Assembly (NCBI GenBank): GCA_012295275.1
Contig: CM022675.1
Coordinates: forward strand, 17,050,001 to 17,114,000
Origin: Chrysomallon squamiferum
Taxonomy: Eukaryota > Animalia > Mollusca
Length of the DNA: 64,000 nucleotides
Reading direction: 5' to 3'
Under the pieces are notes generated by a model. The model was not told the origin of the DNA and made no database searches. It worked only from the letters and a program-made list of their open reading frames with translations. Position numbers and translations under genes: made by a program. How positions within the stretch are numbered: position 1 is the first letter of the stretch; every line of letters starts with the position of its first letter. Below, piece after piece: positions 22,829 through 35,664 of the stretch.

Positions 22829-25800
22829 TAACAAATGTATAAAATAAAAAAATACATTTAAAGAATTAAAGAAAAAAGTTGAAGGCTTGTAATCAAAAAC
22901 AAAAACATTATATAAAAGGAAAAACATTCACAGCATCAAAAATCACTGCAGCAGACAGCAATGAAATACACAAACAACTTACCATCATGTGCAACATTAT
23001 GTTAAATCATATATTATTTTAAACAAAGTGGAAATTACTCCCTTTGGTTAGCTGGGTTATTTTTTTTTTTTAAATATTTAAGTATCAAAGAAGAATACAG
23101 TATTTAATGGAGGAATAGAAAATAAACAAAGATGGAATTTCCTTATTTAATGATGTATTTTAAATCTAGTTGTGTGTGTATGTCTACACATATATAAATA
23201 TATATATGTCACCTTCACAAAGATAAGAAAGCACATGCCTAGATTCTGATAAACCAGTTATAGGCACTGAAAATAGCCAATTATGCAGGCTGAAGAGGAT
23301 GGATCCCAAAACCCTGTCACATTTCAACTTATGTTTTTTTTCAGTTTAACAAGCATTTATGGATTAAAATGTTCAACCAATAAAACAAAATATTAATAAA
23401 GTTACCATAAATGACTGATACACACCACTAAACTGTATGTAATTAAAAGGTAATTAAGGTTATATTTTTATTATGTATAACACACAGTGCTTGTCTTATG
23501 TTTTTACATATCCTTTTTCAAACAACAATTAAAAAACCTTTAAATATTGATAATTTTATGTAATGATGAACTTGATGAGTGATATGGTTATCTCTTACCA
23601 TTTAGCACGTAGGGTTTGGCTTTGCTGAAGCTTTTTATAACTAACTCTTCATAAAGCAATAGGCTGAGGAAGGAGTTTTAAATCATCAATAAAAATTCAG
23701 TCAAGTACGATACAATTGATTCTTTTTTTCAGGAAGATCCAGTTTACAATTTTATTTACTCATTTTTTAAAGGGTAATTTTTAATTTAGTTTATAACTGG
23801 AGAGTCATGCCTAGCTGTATTTCTGCTATGATAAGGATGCACTGTGCTGTCATAGGAAAGAATAGTGTTTCACTTACCACCTTTTCCTGAAACAGTAACA
23901 TAAAGTGTAACTCTTGTTGTCAAATATTAAAATTCCCACACAATGATTACCTAACTCAGACATTCATTTTATGTTTGCTAGTACAGTTAGTCAGAAAATG
24001 TAATGAACAATTTGTTCTCTCTAAACACCCAAATGTTAATACCATTAATGTAATTCCTGCCAGAATTCAATTTTATTTTTTTCAAAAATAATTGCAAAAT
24101 CTAAACTAAACTAAAATAATACAAATCTTCAGAAACGTTTTCAGATGGCCAAAAAAAGCAACAAATATTAAAATTTCAAACAATGGATCAAAAATTGGAT
24201 TTTAAACTTCAACATTCATGTAAACACAATTTTTCTGACAGAATTTAATTATTTGCAATACTTTCATTATGGACTAATAATGAAGTACATACTTATGTTT
24301 TAAACACTACAAGAGCGGAAAACCTGCCTTATCAGACTTGACAATGGCTTCTCCCAGCATTCTGTTGCGACCACCATGACAGGTTGCGACTAGATCAGCT
24401 ATCCCACAACTTTCAAAAAATGTTTCTGACTTTGAACCTATAACACAAAAACAGAAAAAATATTTAGAAATTATCTTATATTTGAATGTTGTTTTTTAGG
24501 GGTTTTTAAAGTGTGCAAGTATATCTTATATATTTTGAGTACTTACATGTTGACTTACAGAATGTATGTTAGACAATATAAACATAATAAATTTGATACC
24601 CTTTTTCTTCTTTAGTGCTTATGATATAAAATGTACTTATGTGAACAAAATTATGAAAGTATAAATTGGTGATTAACTCATAAAGCCTAACACTCAGTTT
24701 ATATATCTCTAGATGACAATTCCATTTCTTATTAAAATGTAGCAATGGAGGAACAAACAAATGTAACAGACTTTCAAGTGATTACTTTCTTTTTTCTTAT
24801 TAAAGTATCACTCTGGTGGTCAGATACAGTTAAAATGTTTCAAAATGAGCATTTATAAATAAATGAAAGAAAAGTCAAACCTGGAAAAAAAACTTCTGCA
24901 AATTTAATCATTTCCATGAGACCAAGACGGATTACTGCTGCTTTGGTATTATCCCCAAACCCAAGTCCATCAACAATACCAGATCCTATTGCAACAACAT
25001 TCTGAAATAAACAATCCCTTTAACAACAACAAATAATAATAAGAATATGAAAAAATGTCAGTATAAACAACATCTATTTCTTAAATGAACAAATATCTGC
25101 TAACTTTTGAAGCACAATGTAACAAAAAATGCCAACATGTCATCAAAACTCTATCTACAATAAGAACATCTAGGAATCAGTTTTAAACAAGTCAGTATTT
25201 CTTTTATTGTCATTGTGATGATAGATCATCCAAAATAAAACAGTAACATGGAAGTATTGTCATGGAATTCAGATTGTGTAACAAATTGTTACTTTCATCA
25301 CATCTGCTCTTTTTATTTTTAAGCGATGGAATTGAAACTGCTTAACTTTAATTGTATAACATCCATGCTTTATTGTTTCCGCCAATTTTTCAACTCCATG
25401 GCCGTGTTATAAAAGGGCTGGCATTTGATAATTAAGCAGCAAAGGAAAAGGCCAAATGAGAGCTCAGTCTGGTAGGGAAACCAAAGTTTTTGAATGACAC
25501 TGTCTTTACAGATGAGTATGGTAAGCAATTATCTATTCTTGTTTTGATAGGGTGTAATGTGCAATTAACCTGTGTCAATAACATTTATTATACTGAAAAT
25601 TTTAATGTTTTAATCTGTCCTCCATGCAGATTCTAATTTTGTCTTGGTTCCCCATATGACTTTACTCGTAACATTAATCAAAATTACTTAAAATATGTTT
25701 TATGATTGTATAATGTATTATTATCAAGTCACCTGTATATCATAATTAAATAATTAACATGAACCGTAATTTGTGTTGTGTTTATTTCTCTAGTGGATAG

Positions 25801-26839
25801 ATACTTATTGATTTATATAGATTGCTGTCAATTTAGTGTTTATATTCCTTGTTAGGTGACCATTAAAGCACTTTGTTACCCTAGACTGAGCCTTAATAAA
25901 ACATCCAAGATGTTTAAAGGTGTAAGCCCCATGACAAGTATGTAGAAATTTTTAAAAATCATTTGTTTGTCCCGTCACAAACATTTTAAAATAAATTTAC
26001 CTTTAAAGCTCCACACACTTCAACTGTGTCACTGTCTTCCACCACAGTGACACGGAAATACTCAGCTTCAAACAGCTCTTTCAGCATCTGTCCTAGCTTG
26101 GGGTCTTTGCATCCTGTAAGAAGAAAACTTACTATTTAAAAAATATTTCTATTGCAGAATTAGCATTTAGATCATTTCATTATATCCATTAAAATATCAT
26201 GTCTGTCATATGCATATTCTGTAAATATTAAATCAGTTATATATTATATATTTTTAATCATATTCCAAATAAAAAGTTATTCTTATACAACCATTTATCA
26301 TGGTATTACTCAGTGTTTAGTGCACTGAGAAGATGAATATAAAACATTGCTTTTGGTTAATCAATTACAGTAGTTCAGATAGGTGCAGATTTCCTTTCTC
26401 AATAATCATCACAAACAAACAAAATAAAAATAAAACATGCTTAAAACCTAATAATTTTTATAGAAATGTTTCGAGTATAGTTTAACAGCATCTTTAAACA
26501 GGTAATTTTCAGTATTGTGATGTTATTATAATTAAATACAACAAAAGTATCATTACATTTTATAGTGAGACAAAATCATCTCTAGCTATTTATAAAAGTA
26601 AATATATTTGTGATCTCACCTATTGTAGTTTCACAGAACTGTTCTCTGGCCACTTCATTTGCCAGGTTAGCCCCCATTAATACTGCACAGTCTATCTTCA
26701 GTTCATCTTTTATCTGATGAGAAATCAGCTCAATGCCTGAATCTGTGATAGCAAAACCCTTTAAAAACCAACATAAACAAATAAGTATTGCTATCAAATC
26801 ACTAAAGTAATGAAAACAAAACTAAATCCACAGATATAT

Positions 26840-26884
<45 letters not shown>

Positions 26885-29800
26885 CACACACTCATACATA
26901 CTTATATGTATATACACACACACATATATATATACAAATCAAAAGGACACTAAAAACTTTCAAAGTAATTATAATACTGTTATGAACTGTCTTTATGTAT
27001 ACATATATATATGTACATTTTTCAATTAGCCATCATTTTTATTGTTATACTTTGTTTGAATAATATATAATTCATTAAAAACATGAATATAAACTGAAAA
27101 TAAAAATATATAATAACATACAAACAAATAAGTTACCTTTATCATGGAAACAGCAATGGCATCTTTTCTCATATGACCAATCATCTGTTTGCACACACCA
27201 CGTACAAACTGATGTGGTAGCACAAAAACCAAGATATCTGCATTTTTACATGCCACAGTTACATCGGGAATTGCAACCTACATAATAATAATAATAGTAA
27301 TAAAATCAAATATATATATGTGTGTGTTCATGTTTGTGTATGTGTGTGTGTGTATGTGTGTATATGTATGTATGTAGGTAACTGTCAATATGTCAAACTA
27401 GTCATTTGGCCTAATGCCTGAAATGTTGGTTGGTGCTGGTTGGTGCTGTTTGACTTGCAATTCATCATTGTTATTCTTACGTCAAAGACCAATGATTTAA
27501 TACTGACAGTGTATAACTTACCTATTCAGATTTCAAGGAAAAGTTTAATCCTTACAAAACACATCACATTAGTGTTGAGCATTGGCTTCATTGATCAGCT
27601 TTATTTGGTGGTGTAAAATGTGGTAGCTCCTGATCATATTCATATTACTGTATATGTCAACCTGGGGGTTTCTGTAGACCACATTAAGAAAGATCTGTTT
27701 AAGAAGTATGAAACATGCAAAAGAGTGTACATTCAGAAGGAAGAGTATTAATTGATTATGGACCAGCTAAAGAAGATCTTTTTTAGCTCCAGGAAGAAAA
27801 ACCACCACTAGTACTACCTCATGTACAAGTCTGAAATCCTGCAATTTGGAGACATGATTAACTGATCAAGAAGTGCCAGATGAAGACAGCCATCTGCACT
27901 ACAGTTCCTTTGAAGACACCTTTGACATCATTAAGTGGGCATATGTTTCAACAGGCCATGGTGGATGTAACTTCAGAAAGCTGCTGGGAGAGACTGCAGA
28001 TATTGATGTCAATGGACCATAACCTTGAACATCTGGAATTCTGAAAGGCAAACATTTCAGGAACCAGTTTGATGTGTGTCCTCAGAGACTGCTATTGTTG
28101 GATGATGTGAACAGTATCATAGGAGTCATCTGCAGAATGACAAGGGTTTTTGAAATGCAATTGTAGGGGACAAAGAGGTGTCAAACAAAATTTTGCAAAA
28201 GTTTGAACTTCTGTATTATATAGAACTCTACTTGAACACATGTTTAATGTAGCTTTCAATCTTGCCACTGTGTAATGTTTTTAACAAATGTACAGTCTTT
28301 ATACACATCCACCAGACCAGTAACCCAAAACAGATAAATCATCATAGCAAATATCTAGACTATCTGCTAAATACAACAGTAAACATTTCAAGTTCACTGA
28401 TGGATTTAAATAACTGTAAAACTCAAAATAAGCATAAGGTATATTTTGTTTTACAAAATATTATGTTTGAAATCCAAACAGAGCTACAATCTGTTCCAGC
28501 TGCATCATTCTTTTTAACCTCAAACATCTACTACGATGTGGTGTTTATAAAACATAAATACACATGGAATGACATTGAATGACTGAATTATCAAAATTAT
28601 GTACGAAATGGTCTGAACTCACACAGTTTGGAGGGCAAGCACATTTGGCAATTGCAGTTCACAGGCTCTTGTGATTTGGCAAAAACATTTCCAGCATGCA
28701 CTGTGCACAGGAAATGGGTGATACATCTGTAAAAATAATTGTATAATGCTGCCATACAGCAGTAAAATTATTTATTTTGGAGAAAACAAATCCAAATCTG
28801 AATGGCTGAGTGCTTAAAAAAAAAAAAATGTGTCTGCATCACTGAAAAACAATCAGGACTCCGTAAAATACCTTGTAAGTGGCCATTCATTTCAAACGCC
28901 ACTGAAGACAGATACCAGTATAGATAATTTTGGGCAATTACAAGTCATTCTAATTCTTTTCATTCAGTCATTTTGCCTAATGACTATAGGTCTATTTTAG
29001 TTGTTTGGCCTAATTCCTGAATATGTTAGTCATCAGGCAAAGAGGCTAAATCCATAAACATTTCAGGCTTTGGCCAAATGATTACTTTGACATATTCTGA
29101 TACTGACTGTAACATATATATATATATATATATAAATACACACACACATACATACATGTATAAATAATATATTATAAAGAGGAAATGTTATATTTGAATA
29201 TACAGTTATAAGCAATTATATCTTATCAAATAAAATATAAATTTATTTCTTATCATGGCAGTTTCAACCAACCACATTTTCTGGAAGCTTAAATCCTGGT
29301 AAATATTTGACATTTTCATGTTCTGTGTTGACAATTTCAGTCAGTTTTCTACCGTTGATCATTTCCTCGTACATATACATGGGAACTTCATTTTCAAACT
29401 TGTCTTGAAATTTCTTTTGCTTTACATTGTGTCCTATAATTTTTGCTATGGCTGATCCCCTGTAAAAGAAATTGTATACTAGTATAAAAACTTTCACACC
29501 AAAGTGTGTCATTTTACTGATACATAGATTTCAAAATATTAAAAACTTGATTTTATAAACAGAATTAAAAATAATAATAATAATAAATAATTAAAAAAAC
29601 CATAAAATTTAAAAAAATAAGACAACTGATTTATATACAGTAATTTAAAAAAAAACAAAAAAAAAATGAATATTAAAAACAACACAAGACAATAATATTA
29701 TATACAACATCATCTGGTTATAAAGCCTGTTGGCATAGAATGAGATGCCATTATAAAACAAACAAAAAAAGTTGGCCGTTATATATATTATTAAAACATT

Positions 29801-30632
29801 TAATTGCCTACTTGGTTCACAACATATTCTAAGCTAATTGCTTGTTATTAACATTGTAAATAATTAAGTTGTCTAATTGCTGTTATTATTTCAGAACTCG
29901 GCAAATATACATTCAGAGAATACCAATTTGTTGTTGTCTAAACTGGTTTATCTGTGATTTCGAAGAGCTGAAATTTTACCAGTGATTCAAGAATTTTGTG
30001 AAGTGTTTACCACTTGTATATTTACAATTTAATCAGTGCTAATTTATAAAGTTACAGCTAAATCTTCTAACACTGATCTACGTTCTCGTATCAAAAAATT
30101 GTCAATTGTATTATCTAACACTAACAGATTCGATATTACTTTGATGTTACTGCTAGATTGATATCTGTTTAGTTAAGCCTAATTTCAGACTGTTAAGTTC
30201 TGTGAATTTACCTACTTCAATTTAAGTTACCGAGTTATTATTTTATTATATGTGTGTGTGTGTGTGTGTTGTTTTTTTTTTTTTTTATTCAAAATTCGTT
30301 TTTTTTGTTGTTGTTTTTTTTTATTATTATTATCGATGTTAGCAAGCAAAAATTTAGAAGAATATTTTCAAATCTTGTTTGGAAAACATTTAACCTCAAA
30401 ACAAACAAAAAGCTACATAATCTACAAATTAAGCAAATAAACCAAATACTGAAATAGCAAATGGCAAGGCCAAAGTTCAGTACTGAATACCGTTCAAGGT
30501 GATCGCAGGGGAATTCCGGCGGCACTGTTGAATAACATAAGCACAAGTCTTTGTGAATTTAAAAATGAAAATGTGACAAAATAAAACGTACCAATTACCC
30601 GAACCAACGATGCAAATTCTTTTGGGAGCCAT
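21489..30632 (-). CDS. GPD1: Glycerol-3-phosphate dehydrogenase [NAD+], cytoplasmic (GPD1/GPD1L family), 351 aa
   Basis: Exons 30632-30592 ([14 protein letters not shown]), 29459-29273 (GSAIAK...ENVKYLPG), 27277-27137 ([12 protein letters not shown]), 26758-26620 ([11 protein letters not shown]), 26113-26001 (VEVCGALK), 25001-24881 ([12 protein letters not shown]), 24437-24328 ([20 protein letters not shown] donor), 22126-22020, 21585-21489 (FPLF...HPEHL*); total 1056 nt in frame. Confidence 0.96.
25405..25936 (+). repeat. Dispersed LTR-like repeat, copy 1 (GPD1 intron)
   Basis: Aligns by eye along its length with the reverse complement of 43701-44182 (e.g. ttgtgttgtgtttatttctctagtggatagata; gtgcaattaacctgtgtca). 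Confidence 0.75.
27377..29114 (+). mobile_element. Decayed, internally deleted Ginger2/TDD-like (KRBA2-like integrase) DNA transposon in GPD1 intron 2
   Basis: Imperfect inverted termini of about 45 bp (aatatgtcaaactagtcatttggcctaatgcctgaaatgtt / aacatttcaggctttggccaaatgattactttgacatatt). Broken frames read [48 protein letters not shown] and [17 protein letters not shown], typical of KRBA2-like proteins. Confidence 0.7.
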
Positions 30633-30920
30633 TATAAAATTTGACTGGACCTGAAGCAAAGAACAACTTTTTCTGGCTTGAAAAACGGAAGGGACATAAC
30701 TCCGTTTTAAAAAACATACAGCGGCAGTAACTTCTTTGCACTAAGCAGTGATTCGGGGGGGGGGGAATAAATAAATAAGAAAGGAAAAAACAAAGAAAGA
30801 AAAGGAGAAAAAGGAAAAAAAGAAAAGAAAAAATTAAAAATAATCTGGGCGCGTTAGTTTGAATCTGTTATTTGTTTAAAAATAAAATAATTTAATAATA
30901 AATTAAGTGGATTATATTTA

Positions 30921-30979
30921 GATAGCCGTACTTAGTTGCAGATTTTTTTTAAAGAGCCAGCTTATTACTAATTATTAAT

Positions 30980-31061
<82 letters not shown>

Positions 31062-31134
31062 GATAGATAGATAGGTAGATTATAATTAATAATTAGTAAT
31101 AAGCTGGATCTTTAATAAAATATATTTACAAATA
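30921..31134. repeat. Inverted repeat around a (TA)n(TG)n(TA)n(TAGA)n microsatellite
   Basis: aaagagccagcttattactaattattaattata (30951-30983) versus tataattaataattagtaataagctggatcttt (31081-31113). Confidence 0.9.
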
Positions 31135-32026
31135 CAGTATTCCCTCGCTATTCGCGGGGGTTACGTTCTTTACCCCCCCGCGAATAGCGAAAAACCGCGA
31201 ATATTGGATGCAGTTTTAAAACGTCTATTATGAGATTATATACGGTACTAAATGCTTCCCAAACACTTTCTAAAGACACTCTTACTCATTAATACAGTAA
31301 TAATGTAGTAATATTGCATGCAGTTATGTATTTCACTAATGTAGTAATGATAATGTAAACACATTTTAATTTTGTGCTGAAACAATATTTTAATCAGAAA
31401 GAAACGTAAGTACAGGAGGACAGTAACACCGCATAGCATAGTTACCCATACTGTATTACTGTACCGTAAAGTCATTTTCTATGCGTACAACATATGTATT
31501 AGAATTGACAGAAAGTGGAACAAATTTAAAGGCAAACAGACAGATAAATACAGTACGCACAGTTCAGGTAATAATAATACAATTCAGTAATAATATGCAA
31601 TTAAAAACATTATTAATACACGGTCACAAAAAATATGCACTGTACATACAGTGTATACATTTATAAAAAAATACGTACTTTATTGCAATAATAATTGAAC
31701 AAATTTGATATTGTTTGTGCTGTCACCAATAACGAATGATAATAAAATGATGATGAAATTTGCAGTGCCATACGATGATGATGCTAACACTAATGTACAG
31801 TATGGCACAGCTTAGCTGCTGCTTTGCAGCACTTTAGGTAATTATTCCTACTCTTCAGGCACTTAAGTCTCTATGACCTACAAAAACCCGGTTTACCGAA
31901 CATTTGTTTTTATGACGTTATGACGCTAGCCTGGTATACCAGCATACGATGCGATAGGATTAAGAGCCTAACCCGCGAATATGCGGGGCCGCGAATGGGG
32001 AACCGCGAACAGGTGAGGGTATACTG
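31135..32026. mobile_element. Non-autonomous Tc1/mariner-pogo (Tigger/MER2-like) MITE
   Basis: TA|CAGTATTCCCTCGCTATTCGCGG ... CCGCGAACAGGTGAGGGTATACTG|TA: inverted termini, TA target duplication, subterminal CCGCGAA repeats, no transposase. Confidence 0.85.
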
Positions 32027-32559
32027 TACTAAGTACGTTATTTCAGTTGCCGTGAAATGGAGATTTATACCCACACCACCCACACACAGAGTAGATAATT
32101 AAAACATAATTTATACAAATAAAGACGTAACAAGCTGTCGCCATGCGACAATTATGATTAGCAAAGAGTGATCGTTTTTGTTCAGCTTTCCCAGATATAA
32201 AAGTAGTTGTTGAGACAGCTGATAAATCAGTTGTTGGGAATTAACTGGCGCTGCCTGTGATCCAATAGGTGTAATGAATAAGATGAATTCTACAACCAAT
32301 GACACCTTAAAACTAAGCTCAAATGTTATTAATAGACTAAAAATGTAATAGTAATAGATAGATAGATAATGTTAACAGCATGGAAATCGTGTGTTTAAGT
32401 GTACCATGCCCTTTTCAATTCTGACAGAATACGAATAAATATGATAATCGATTAATGTAATGCATATGTGTTTCAAATTAAAAAATATATATTACACAGA
32501 AGGTTATTAAATATGTAGCGAAATAATATGTTTTGCGAGCCTTAATAAAGAAACGCCCA

Positions 32560-32860
32560 GAAATGGTAGTACACTGCGTCAACAAGCGATTATTGAGATA
32601 AAAGAATACACAGAAGTGTGGAAGGCCACTAAAAGCGAAATAAAGGAGGACATCAGGTAACGCAACCAAGAGATCTTAACAGAAACTTCAAGGAACCTGA
32701 GAAAAGCTGACTGAATACATGCACTGCAGAGAAATCCAAAATCCGCACAACACAAAACAATTAGAACTATATAACAAAGAAAAGAGGAGGCTACCATTAT
32801 TCACTCTCAGGTACTTAAACATGAAAAATGGTAAGGAAGCTGGAATAGAAGATGCCATCT
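32560..32860 (+). mobile_element. Degenerate RTE-like LINE ORF fragment
   Basis: Broken frames EYTEVWKATKSEIKEDIR*RNQEILTET and, in another frame, MKNGKEAGIE (cf. the K-A-x-G-x-D motif preceding non-LTR reverse transcriptases). Confidence 0.4.
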
Positions 32861-32989
32861 CGAAGGCAGTTAGTTAAGCTGTAATCCAAAAGCTTATTGC
32901 AAAGACGAATTCCAACTGCAAGATAATATAAATACAAATCCGCCCACCATAAAACAAATTTTCGTTCTAAACATAGAATAAGCAATAAC

Positions 32990-33029
<40 letters not shown>

Positions 33030-33109
33030 TATTAATTTGTTGTGGTTGTTTGCAATATATACTCCGTGTATTTAAGGGAAATATTTTTGCAAACAAAATC
33101 ATTATTTTT

Positions 33110-33320
33110 CGGAGGTCATGTTCCCGAAGTTGTCGGTCGTTAGATCATAACGACGTCGTAAAATGGCTCGAACGACAACATGACGACTGTTAGCCGAGAG
33201 TGTCGTTTACTTGTCGATACGATGTCGTTTGAAGTCTATCGTAATAAAAATAGAGTAACCGCAGTGTTGTTACTGCGTTTATTACCCATGAGATGTTTGT
33301 TTTGTGCAGCGCCTAGCCAG
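33110..33320 (+). promoter_or_regulatory. CpG-rich patch with a splice donor; candidate promoter or first exon of TAX1BP1
   Basis: Dense CpG, AAAATGGC motif at about 33160, donor CAG|GTGCGT at 33320/33321. An alternative donor AA|GTAAGT at about 35059 may mark another 5' exon. Confidence 0.3.
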
Positions 33321-35664
33321 GTGCGTAATTTTGGACTCTGAATACAAAATTGCTGGACAGATGCATTTTTTATATGAATTTTGTTGATTACATTGTACTT
33401 TATTACAGAACATTGTATTCATATTAAGCTCAGTACATCATTTATGTGTTAAAACTTACAAGACAACAACATACATTGTCTGTTTCTGTTAACTGTTACC
33501 TTGGCAGTTTTTAACCGATGTTTATTTATCCAAGCAAGTTTGGTGTGTAAAGTATAATGAGTGTTTTATTCTGTTTATATTGTTTATACTTAAATCCTGC
33601 CCTGTGACAGTGTTATAATGTTAATAACATTCTGATTACATTAACTCCCTCTGCTTAAATCTAAAACGGTTTTCTGACATAGATAAAAGATAAATATTCA
33701 TGATATTTACATGTATGCTCACTTGTCGAATATATAATATACAAAGCTAAGATTTATGATCTTTTATTATAGTAAAAATACTGTAATTTATATTACATCT
33801 AACTTTATTCTGCATATAATTCAAGTTTATTTTCTTTGAAAACTATTACTGTCATACAACGGATTTTCCTGCATAATTTCCATGAAACTAATTCAGACAT
33901 GAAATTATCTAAATGGTATAGTAACAGATTTTAAATCATATTATTATGAATGAACAGTGGCCACTTGCAAAACTGTAAACTGCTTATATTGTGTCCGCAG
34001 AAAAATGTCAAACGTTTCAATGATAATTTCTTATATTAAAAACTATCTACTCAAGTTAGAAAAAAAGAAAAGAAAAAAATGTCGAAAAATTCCGCTTTTT
34101 CAGCTGCATTTAATGATTTTAGTAACTGTATTATAAATAACCATAAATCAGCAATTGCAAAATTTTATACAGAATATTATCAAAACTAGCTAAAAGTGAT
34201 CGAATGTTTTTTTGTTTCCCCCAATGTGGATATGGGGGCAAATTCGTCCTGTCTCGTGGACTAATAGTCTTTTACAAAGTAAGCATGGCTGTCAAATTAA
34301 AGTATTTGGTCCAGAAACGAAGACCAAAATTTCATATCCAGGATCTGTAAGCAGATGATGCTAGCGGTTATTAGCATACATTCTTTTTTCTTCTTCTTCT
34401 TCTTTTTTTTTTTTTTTTTTAAAATGAATTATTCAGAATGCGCAGTGCATATCGTGTTTGGTTACAACAGGGCCGGACCTGTTGTTCATAAACCGATTCA
34501 TAACAACACGTTCGAGATCATGAACATTTTGTCAACATGTTAATGATATGGTTATACGTAACGATAGGATAGGGAACATGGTCCCTGAACCACACATAAA
34601 CTATTTCTATGCGAATCTAGCGCAATTTGCGTATGAAGTTTAAGATTAACATATGAACTTTACCGAATGGTAAATGTCCAATCAAAATAACTTCCGTATT
34701 GTTTATACTACTGATACAAACGATATTTTCATTATTCAAATAGCACATCTGTAATATTACTAATAAGTAATAAAATATCATAACAATTATATCATAATTA
34801 ATTTTATTTTTGTTGCACAGATTTTTTTTCATAAAATATGTAGGGATTTTATTAACATTTATCCTATATTTATATATACATTGAATAAATAATATTACAG
34901 TATTACAAGTAGTATCTTTGACATCACGTAAACAAAAATAGAAACATTAACTCTTTCGAGAAGTGTAAGAGTTGATTGTATTTTTTCGATTTCTTTCATC
35001 AAAAGGATATATTAAGCTTCCTGGTCATGACTTTTGATAATTAATTTTTAAATCTAGAAAGTAAGTAAAATCGTATATCTTAACCAAATTCTGTCTTTAC
35101 CTGAGTTTTATAAATATAATTATGACAAATCAGCAAATATGGCCTCCATTTTTATTTTGTAAGTTTCGGTTTCCCTGAATGACATTTGTTACATTTTGTA
35201 GATAATAATTGTAGGTGTTTTCCTTTAATCATTATGTTTCTTGGTCATTCCCAAGGTATTAATAAAATAATGCGTTAACGTAATAATATCAAAAACTATT
35301 AATGCTTCATTACTTTATAATTTATATACATTTTAAATAATGGTTATGATGAAAAAGAAACCGACACAGGCGACCAGATTAATAACTTACCCTATTCTGT
35401 GTACGAAAGTAATCAATAAATAAAATGTTATAATAAATACATACATACATTGAATGTATTGTTAATGATTTTCAAAAATATGGAGGCGATATTTTGTATA
35501 AAAATAAACATGAAGCGTTTTCTTTCCTATGAACAGTTTCTGGTGTACATTTCCAAATTTGGACTTTATTTGTCTGAGAACAGATCATAGACGGGAACAT
35601 GTAATTTAAAGTGAATTTTCAGTATTTTATTTTATGTATTTATTTTCAGTTTGAGAGTATCGTA

